Below, piece after piece: positions 57,195-64,000 of a stretch of 64,000 nucleotides of DNA. A program made the translations under genes and the position numbers. How positions within the stretch are numbered: position 1 is the first letter of the stretch; the number at the start of each line of letters is the position of its first letter. The notes beneath the pieces are model-generated. The model was given only the letters and a program-made list of their open reading frames with translations. It searched no databases and was not told where the DNA came from. The DNA comes from Alphaproteobacteria bacterium (GTDB lineage: Bacteria > Pseudomonadota > Alphaproteobacteria > Bin95): NCBI GenBank assembly GCA_965205265.1, contig CBDBGH010000003.1:608001-672000 (forward strand). The letters run 5' to 3'.

Positions 57195-57480
57195 TTTCCC
57201 ATGCATGCGATTTATGTTCCCATGCCAATCCCGGCATAATACCAACCGCGCCGGGCTGCGCCTCATGAGGAATGCCGCCGCCCCCGGGCCTCGTGCCGCG
57301 GGAGGGGGCCGGATCGACGCCAGGGCGCCGTCCGGAACGATGGGAGATGTTCGTCGGTTCCTACTTGCCGTTATTGGCGCGCGCCTCCGTTTCGAGTTAG
57401 GGTTCCGGGTATTCCGCCGGTGTTTGCCGTCTTCATGTTTCGGGCATGGCTCCCTGCTTCCCGCTCCATTGCCGTTCCCG

Positions 57481-57705
57481 TCTCCCCGCCGCTGGCCTGC
57501 CCGGGCAGCGGACCCTGATTCGCGCGTAATGTGCGCGGGCGCCCGCGCCCGCCAGCGCGCGTTTCGCGGCGGCGCGAATCGCGCGCCTGATTGCCCGCGC
57601 GCGCGAGGCCTGAATGCGGGCGCACGTCTCCCGTCCGTTCCAAAGGGGTTATTTTGCGCCGGCGCCGGCGCGGACGGCGAAGCGGTTTCCGGATGCCGCT
57701 TCTAT
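57481..57705 (-). ncRNA. Putative structured non-coding leader, copy 2
   Basis: Reverse-complement homolog of 38505-38730. Confidence 0.5.
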
Positions 57706-57708
57706 CCT

Positions 57709-57736
57709 ATACTATCACAGAATTTTCCATTGTCAA
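57709..57736 (-). promoter_or_regulatory. Sigma70-like promoter, repeat element copy 2
   Basis: TTGACA-16 nt-TAGTAT with extended -10 TG and an AT-rich upstream tract. Confidence 0.6.
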
Positions 57737-57774
57737 ATCATATTGAGAAATATTACTAATTCAGTGAACAAATC

Positions 57775-60396
57775 CTAGCCCAGCCGGGCGAGCGCTCCTT
57801 CGAGCGCTGCGCGCTGGCCGGCGAGCTCGTTGCGCTGCTCCCGCTGGTCCTCGACCACCTCGGCCGGGGCGCGGGTGAGGAACCGGTCATTGCCGAGCTT
57901 CTTGTCGATCCCCGAAATGCGGGCGTCGATCTGCGCCATTTCGCGGTCCAAACGCTCGCGTTCCTTGCCGAAGTCGATCACCTCTGCGAGTTTCAGCGCC
58001 ACCGTTGCGCCGGGCAGCGCCACCTCGACCGAGCCCTCCGGCGCGGCCCCCTCCGACAGGCTTTCCAGCCGCGCCAGCCTGAGTATCTGCGGCGCATTGC
58101 GCGCGGCGCGGTCGGCGCTCTCCCCGTCGGCGCCGACAAGCGCGGCGTCGATCCTGGCGCCCGCCGGGACATTGAGTTCCGACCGCACGCGGCGGATCTC
58201 CGAGATCAACTGGATGGTCCAGCCGATCTCGGCCGGCGGCTCGCCCGCGTCGTCATCGGGCCAGGCCGCGCCGATCAGCCCGCCTTCCACGAGGCCCAGC
58301 GCGTCGTTCAACTCCTCGGTCACGAAGGGCGTCAGCGGGTGCAGCATCCGCAGGACGCGGTCCAGCACCCAGGCGGCCGTCGCGCGGGTCTCGTCCGCCG
58401 CCCGCCCGCCCTCGGCGAAAACCGGCTTGGCGAACTCGATGAACCAGTCGCAGAACTCGCCCCAGACGAAGCGGTAAAGAACGTCCGCCACCTCGTTGAA
58501 GCGGTATGTGTCCATCGCCGCTTCCACCTGTCGGCGCGTCTCGACGGTCCGGGCGACGATCCAGCGGTTCAGCGTTTCCTCGACGGCGGCGGAATCGAAA
58601 CCCGGCCGGGGCGTGCAGCCGTTCATCTCGCAGAAGCGCGCGGCGTTCCAGAGCTTGGTGGTGAAGTTGCGGTAGCCCGCGACCCGGCTTTCGGAGAGCT
58701 TGATGTCGCGGCCGGGCGCGGCGAGCGCGGCCAGGGTGAAGCGCAGCGCGTCGGCCCCGTAGCTCGCGCACATGTCCAGCGGGTCGATGATATTGCCCTT
58801 GGACTTGGACATCTTGGCGCCGTGCTGGTCGCGCACGAGCGCATGGATATAGACGGTGCGGAAGGGCACTTCACCCATGAAATGCAGGCCCATCATCATC
58901 ATCCGGGCGACCCAGAAGAAGATGATGTCGAAGCCCGTCACCAGCACGTCGCCCGGATAGTAGCGGTCGAGCGCGGGCGTCCGCTCCGGCCAGCCGAGCG
59001 TCGAGAACGGCCAGAGCGCGGAAGAGAACCAGGTGTCGAGCACATCCGGGTCCTGCTGCAGTTCCACGCCCGGCCCGAAACGCGCTTCGGCCTCCGCCCT
59101 TGCCTCGGCCTCCGTTTCGGCGACGAAGACCGAATCCCCGGGGCCGTACCAAGCCGGAATCCGGTGCCCCCACCAGAGCTGCCGCGAGATGCACCAGGGC
59201 TGGATATTGCGCATCCACTCGAAATAGGTCTTGGCCCAGTTTTCCGGGACGAAGCGGGTGCGTCCGCTCTCGACCGCCTCGATCGCCGGTTTCGCCAGGG
59301 TCGCGGCGTCGGCATACCACTGCTCCGCCAGGTAGGGCTCGATGGGCACCCCGCCGCGGTCGCCATAGGGGACCGTGTGGCGATGGCGCTCGACGCGCTC
59401 CAGCGCTCCCGCCGCTTCAAGGTCGGCGACCACCCGCTCGCGCGCCGCGAACCGCTCCAGGCCGCGATAGGCCTCCGGCGCCGCGTCGTTCAGATGCGCC
59501 GTCCGGTCGAAGATGTTGACGACATCCAGCCCGTGCCGCCGCCCGACCTCGAAATCGTTGAAGTCGTGCGCCGGGGTGATCTTGACCGCGCCGGAGCCCT
59601 GCTTCGGGTCGGCATGGGCGTCGGCGACGATGGGGAGTCGCCGGTCCACCAGCGGCAGGATGCAATGGCGGCCGACCAGATGCCTGTAGCGCGGGTCGTC
59701 CGGATGGACCGCGACGCCCGTATCGCCCAGCATCGTCTCGGGCCGCGTCGTGGCGACGGTCAGGCTCTCGCCGTCCCCGCCTTCGACGGGATAGCGGATA
59801 TACCAGAGATGGCCGTCGGTCTCGGTCTGCTGCACCTCGAGGTCCGAGATCGCGGTCTCCAGCGCCGGGTCCCAGTTCACCAGCCGCTGGTCCTTGTAGA
59901 TCAGGCCCTCGCGGTATAGCTGCACGAAGACCCTGACGACCGCTTTCGACAGGCCCTCATCCATGGTGAAACGCTCGCGCGCCCAGTCGGCCGATGCGCC
60001 GAGCGAGCGAAGCTGGCGGGTGATCTGCCCACCCGACTCCGCCTTCCACTCCCAGACCCGGTCCAGGAACTTCTCGCGTCCGAGGTCGGTCCGCTTGAGT
60101 CCTTCCTCGTCGAGCTGGCGCTCCACCACCATCTGCGTCGCGATTCCGGCATGGTCGGTGCCGGGCTGCCAGAGCGCGTCCCTGTTCCTCATGCGGTGGT
60201 AGCGGATCAGGATGTCCTGCAGCGTGAAAGTCAGGCCGTGGCCCATATGCAGGCTGCCGGTGACATTCGGCGGCGGCATCATGATCGTGTAGGGCCGGGC
60301 GCCTTGCCTCACGCCCGCGGCAAAGGCGCCGGCGCGCTCCCAGGCGTCATAGCGCGGCGCTTCCACCGCGTCGGAACGGTAGGTCTTCTCCAGCAT
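57775..60396 (-). CDS. valS: Valine--tRNA ligase
   Basis: 'PPPNVTGSLHMGH', 'KMSKS', C-terminal coiled coil. Confidence 0.98.
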   Translation of the reverse strand: MLEKTYRSDAVEAPRYDAWERAGAFAAGVRQGARPYTIMMPPPNVTGSLHMGHGLTFTLQDILIRYHRMRNRDALWQPGTDHAGIATQMVVERQLDEEGLKRTDLGREKFLDRVWEWKAESGGQITRQLRSLGASADWARERFTMDEGLSKAVVRVFVQLYREGLIYKDQRLVNWDPALETAISDLEVQQTETDGHLWYIRYPVEGGDGESLTVATTRPETMLGDTGVAVHPDDPRYRHLVGRHCILPLVDRRLPIVADAHADPKQGSGAVKITPAHDFNDFEVGRRHGLDVVNIFDRTAHLNDAAPEAYRGLERFAARERVVADLEAAGALERVERHRHTVPYGDRGGVPIEPYLAEQWYADAATLAKPAIEAVESGRTRFVPENWAKTYFEWMRNIQPWCISRQLWWGHRIPAWYGPGDSVFVAETEAEARAEAEARFGPGVELQQDPDVLDTWFSSALWPFSTLGWPERTPALDRYYPGDVLVTGFDIIFFWVARMMMMGLHFMGEVPFRTVYIHALVRDQHGAKMSKSKGNIIDPLDMCASYGADALRFTLAALAAPGRDIKLSESRVAGYRNFTTKLWNAARFCEMNGCTPRPGFDSAAVEETLNRWIVARTVETRRQVEAAMDTYRFNEVADVLYRFVWGEFCDWFIEFAKPVFAEGGRAADETRATAAWVLDRVLRMLHPLTPFVTEELNDALGLVEGGLIGAAWPDDDAGEPPAEIGWTIQLISEIRRVRSELNVPAGARIDAALVGADGESADRAARNAPQILRLARLESLSEGAAPEGSVEVALPGATVALKLAEVIDFGKERERLDREMAQIDARISGIDKKLGNDRFLTRAPAEVVEDQREQRNELAGQRAALEGALARLG

Positions 60397-60432
60397 GGGG
60401 AATCCGTTCTGTCGGATGGGGTGAAAGGCCCG

Positions 60433-60897
60433 TCAGCGTCTGCCGGCCCGCGAAAGGCGCTGAATCTCCTCTTCGACCAGACGCTCCACGATGTCCGGCA
60501 AATGCTTGTCCAGCCACTCGTTGAGCATCGGCCTCAGCATGGCGCGGACCATATCCTCTATGGTCTCGCCGCCTTCGCTGACGGGCAGCCGCCTCGCCGC
60601 CGTCTCGTCCTCCTCGACCGCCTGCGCCAGACCGGCAAACGCCTGCGCCGAGGCAGCCGCCGTAGAAGTCGATACCAACTCCTCGCCACCGGCACCCGCC
60701 TTCGCTGCACCCGCCTTCGCTTCACCCTCCGGCGGCACTTCGTCCGTGAGTTCGAGAATATCGTCGTCGTCCGGGTTCTGCTGCGCGGGGTTCGCGTTCT
60801 GCGTTTCGTCCGAGACGGCCTTGCCGATGGATGCCATGATCTCCTCCATGGTCCGCTCGTCCTCGCCGCGTCCGGCGCCGCTGACAGGTTCTCTCAT
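60433..60897 (-). CDS. popZ: Polar organizing protein PopZ (DUF2497)
   Basis: 'TMEEIMASI', 'DILELT', 'MLRPMLNEWLDKHLP.IVERLVEEEI'; lies between tolC and valS. Confidence 0.88.
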   Translation of the reverse strand: MREPVSGAGRGEDERTMEEIMASIGKAVSDETQNANPAQQNPDDDDILELTDEVPPEGEAKAGAAKAGAGGEELVSTSTAAASAQAFAGLAQAVEEDETAARRLPVSEGGETIEDMVRAMLRPMLNEWLDKHLPDIVERLVEEEIQRLSRAGRR

Positions 60898-62291
60898 TTG
60901 CTCCGGCCTCCGCCGAATATCGCGCCCGGATCCCACCGGAGCGTGCGGGCGCGGTCGTAATTGGTCCGGAAATCGTAAAGCGGCACGGGCACCTGCTGGA
61001 CCTCCGCGGTCAGACGGCCCATCGCCGCCGCCAATCGGTAGCTGGCGACCGCTTCCGACTGCTTCGTGCGCACGACATTCACGCGGGCGTCCAGAAGGTC
61101 CTGCTCGGCATCCAGAACATCGAGCAGGGTGCGGGTGCCGACCTCGGCTTCCTGTTGCAGGCCGTCGAGTGCGATCTCCGAAGCCCGGACCTCCGTGGTC
61201 AGCGATTCCAGCCGCGCGCGAGCGGCGGCGAGGCTTTCCCAGGCCCTGACCGCCTGCTCGACGGCGATGCGGCGGCGGTCCTCGGCCACGGCGCGCAGGC
61301 GCGACGCGGTTTGTATAGCCGCGCGGCGGCGGGAGGTGACGCTTCCGGCTTCGTAGAGGGGTACCGACACCACGGCCGATATCGTGGCGTCGCTGTTCCT
61401 GTTGTCCCGCCCCCCGGCATCTCTTCGATGCATGACATTGCCGACCAGATTGACCGTCGGCAGCAATTCGCTCCGAATCGCGTCCGCATCCGCCAGCGCC
61501 GCCTGCTCGTCGAAGGAGGCAGCCGCCACATCCGGATGATGCTGCGATGCAGCCTCGACGGCTTCTTCCTTCGTCCCGGGCAGGCCGGTGAGCGGCGGGG
61601 GCGCCTCCAGCCGGCCGGGAAGCCCGCCGACCACGCGCTCATAGCCGGCCCGAGATGCTTCCAACTGGCCCTCGGCGGAGGCCCGCTCTGCAATGGCGCG
61701 CGCCAGCCGCGCTTCCGCCTGCGCGACATCGGTGCGCGTCACCTCGCCGACCTCGAACTGGTCGCGCGCCGCCTGAAGGCGGCGGCGCAGCACATTGACG
61801 TTGTTGACCGTCAACTCCACCACGGCCTGGTCGCGCACCACGTCCATAAACGCCATGCCGGTGCTGAGGAAAACGGCCTGCTCGACAGAGATGAGCCGTG
61901 CCCGCTGGGCGGAGACGCGATGCTTCGCTCCGCGCAGCCGGGCGGCGGTCTGCTGCCCCTTGTAAAGCGGCTGCCTCGCCTCGAGTTCCAGAGTGGCGGG
62001 ACTGCGTTTCTCCGACATGGAACCTTGGGGCCGGCTCGGAACCCTGGAGTCATAGTGTCCGAAACCCGCGCTGCCCCGCGCCGTCACTGTCGGCCGCCAG
62101 CCGGACAGCGCCTGCGGCACGCCCTCGTCCGTGGCGCGCAGGCGCGCGCGCTCGGCCTCGAGCTGCGGGTTCGCGGCGTAGGCCTTGGCCATCGCCTCGA
62201 GGAGTGTGTCGCCGGCCGCTGCCTGAGGCAGGGCGGCCGCCAGCGCCGCCGCAGCGCAAAGCGTCGCAAATCGGAACCGTCGAGCGCTCAA
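60894..62291 (-). CDS. TolC family outer membrane protein
   Basis: Signal peptide, 'AYAANPQL', 'FEVGEVTRTDVAQAEAR', 'VGTRTLLDVLDAEQ'; TTG start overlapping the pcm stop. Confidence 0.92.
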   Translation of the reverse strand: MSARRFRFATLCAAAALAAALPQAAAGDTLLEAMAKAYAANPQLEAERARLRATDEGVPQALSGWRPTVTARGSAGFGHYDSRVPSRPQGSMSEKRSPATLELEARQPLYKGQQTAARLRGAKHRVSAQRARLISVEQAVFLSTGMAFMDVVRDQAVVELTVNNVNVLRRRLQAARDQFEVGEVTRTDVAQAEARLARAIAERASAEGQLEASRAGYERVVGGLPGRLEAPPPLTGLPGTKEEAVEAASQHHPDVAAASFDEQAALADADAIRSELLPTVNLVGNVMHRRDAGGRDNRNSDATISAVVSVPLYEAGSVTSRRRAAIQTASRLRAVAEDRRRIAVEQAVRAWESLAAARARLESLTTEVRASEIALDGLQQEAEVGTRTLLDVLDAEQDLLDARVNVVRTKQSEAVASYRLAAAMGRLTAEVQQVPVPLYDFRTNYDRARTLRWDPGAIFGGGRSK

Positions 62292-62941
62292 AACACGAAC
62301 TCCTGCCTGGGCTCGAAGCCGGCAACATAGGGGGTGCCGGCATCGAAGACGGTGCGCGACGACACCACGCCGCCCCGTTTCGTAAAGATCTCCGCCCGGC
62401 CGAGCCCGCCGCCGGACCGCACCACCGCGGCGAGCCGTCCGCCTTCCGCCAACTGGTCGAGCAGGGCCGGCGGAACGGACGCGACGGCGCCCTGGACGGT
62501 GATGAGATTGAACGGCGCCTCCTCGGGACAGCCGGCCTCCAGCGGCCCTTCGACCACCAGGACATTGTCGCTGCCCGCCTCGGCAAGCGCTTTGCGGGCC
62601 TTTTCCGCGAGCTCGCCGTCGCTTTCCAGCGCCACGACGGCGCTCGCAATCCGGCCTAGAACGGCGCTCGAATAGCCGAGCCCGGCGCCGATATCGAGCA
62701 CATAGTCGCCCGGTCCGGGTTCGGCGCACTGCACGAGGCGCGCAAAGACCATCGGCTCCACCAGAACGCGGCCGCGAAACGCAAGGTCCTCGTCCACATA
62801 GGCGACCGGCTTCAGCGCGGTCGGAACGAACTCCTCGCGCGCCACATCGCCCATCGCGTCCAGCAACGCCGCATTCGTCACCCGGCCGGCCCGCAACTGG
62901 CACTCCACCATATTCGCCCTCTGGACGACATATTCGCTCAT
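62288..62941 (-). CDS. pcm: Protein-L-isoaspartate O-methyltransferase
   Basis: 'RANMVECQLR', 'VLDIGAGLGYSSA', 'QLAEGGRL'. Confidence 0.9.
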   Translation of the reverse strand: MSEYVVQRANMVECQLRAGRVTNAALLDAMGDVAREEFVPTALKPVAYVDEDLAFRGRVLVEPMVFARLVQCAEPGPGDYVLDIGAGLGYSSAVLGRIASAVVALESDGELAEKARKALAEAGSDNVLVVEGPLEAGCPEEAPFNLITVQGAVASVPPALLDQLAEGGRLAAVVRSGGGLGRAEIFTKRGGVVSSRTVFDAGTPYVAGFEPRQEFVF

Positions 62942-63116
62942 CGCCGCATGCCCGCTTCCCGCTTTGAGGCGAATATAGCCCGTCTCGCGGGCATGACAAC
63001 GCCATGCGCCTTCCCGCCGGGTCCGCTTCCTGCACGCCGGCAAGAACCTTAGTTTTCCACAAATTGCGGTCTTAGATCATTGGCAATACGACATATTGTG
63101 CTGTATTGGCTAGCGC

Positions 63117-63611
63117 ATGTTCAAACAGAGAACTTTTGCCGAGGCGCTGAATCCGATCGATCTGGTCGAGGATATCGTGCGGGCGTGGGACTGGGCCTAC
63201 AGCCGGGACGATTCGCGAACGCTCACGGCCGAGCTTCAGGGCAGTTGGGGCGAGACCTCCGTGTGCGCGGCCTGGCACACGCGCCCCGCCGTCATGCAGA
63301 TTGCCGCGGCCTGCCGATTGCCGGTGCCGGCGGAGGGGCGGGACGCACTGCTGGAAATGCTCGCCCATGCCAACGATATGCTGGAAATCGGGCATTTCTG
63401 CTTCGAACGCGACGCCGGGGCGCTTTGCTTCCGCCACGCCGTTCCGCTTCGCGGCGTTTCGGCCTCCAGGGAACCGGTGGAGGATATCCTGCTCGCCGCC
63501 ACAAGCGGGCTGGACCAATTCTATCCGGCGTTCCAACATGCGCTGTGGGGCGGCAAGTCGCCGGCCAAGGCCGTGGCGGCCGCAATGATCCATCCGATGG
63601 GCGAGGCATGA
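63117..63611 (+). CDS. YbjN domain protein
   Basis: 'NPIDLVE', 'GHF', 'FYPAFQHALWGGKSP..A'; upstream of proC. Confidence 0.85.
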   Translation: MFKQRTFAEALNPIDLVEDIVRAWDWAYSRDDSRTLTAELQGSWGETSVCAAWHTRPAVMQIAAACRLPVPAEGRDALLEMLAHANDMLEIGHFCFERDAGALCFRHAVPLRGVSASREPVEDILLAATSGLDQFYPAFQHALWGGKSPAKAVAAAMIHPMGEA

Positions 63612-64000
63612 GCACTCCTAACCTGATCCTTGTCGGCTGCGGCAAGATGGGCGGCGCGCTGTTGACCGGCTGGCTGGAACGGCGCTTCGCCGACCAGATC
63701 GTGGTCGTCGAGCCGGAAGAGGCCGCGACGCGCGAATTTCAGGGCAGTCCGGGCGTCCACATCACGACGGCGCTCGAAAATGTCACCGACCGGCTGCGCC
63801 CGGACGCGGTTATCTTCGCGGTCAAACCCCAGGTGATGGACGAGGTCGTTCCGGCCTATTGCAGATATACGGGGCATGGTGCGCCCGTGTTCCTCTCGAT
63901 AGCCGCCGGGACCCCGGTCGCGTTCTTCGAGAAAATACTGGGCCGGGGCGCCGCGGTTGTCCGCGCCATGCCGAACACGCCGGCGGCGGTCGGGCGCGGC
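63608..64000 (+). CDS. proC: Pyrroline-5-carboxylate reductase (partial, runs off the window)
   Basis: 'LVGCGKMGGA', 'FAVKPQ', 'SIAAG', 'VRAMPNTPAAVG'. Confidence 0.95.
   Translation, partial: MSTPNLILVGCGKMGGALLTGWLERRFADQIVVVEPEEAATREFQGSPGVHITTALENVTDRLRPDAVIFAVKPQVMDEVVPAYCRYTGHGAPVFLSIAAGTPVAFFEKILGRGAAVVRAMPNTPAAVGRG

Noticed and set aside
60397-60432. T-box or other leader upstream of valS
   Set aside because: Only 36 bp separate popZ and valS, leaving no room and no motif.

Overview
GC-rich alphaproteobacterial chromosome segment; the pcm-tolC-popZ-valS, map-radC, rsmE-gshA and proC gene order points to a Rhodospirillales-like organism. It is mostly housekeeping and nitrogen/aromatic scavenging genes: RND efflux, ettA, three amidases, pncA, a pyrimidine/hydantoin ABC-hydA-pydC operon led by an LLM oxidoreductase, arsR-arsP, an orphan Mo-hydroxylase large subunit and tRNA-Glu(CTC). 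Mobile content includes an ISKra4-type IS (5376-7190, 9-bp TSD, probable -1 frameshift) splitting a sulP gene, a scrambled integrase remnant, two MITE families reciprocally nested with REP hairpins, and orphan antitoxin-like genes beside those repeats. The most unusual signal is an intergenic element present twice in opposite orientation (about 38420-39602 + and 57167-57774 -). Each copy has a sigma70-like promoter, a conserved ~230-nt GC-rich non-coding leader, variable cargo, and three CATGACA heptamers at exact 10-bp spacing. Product calls rest on recognising motifs by eye; no database searches were run.
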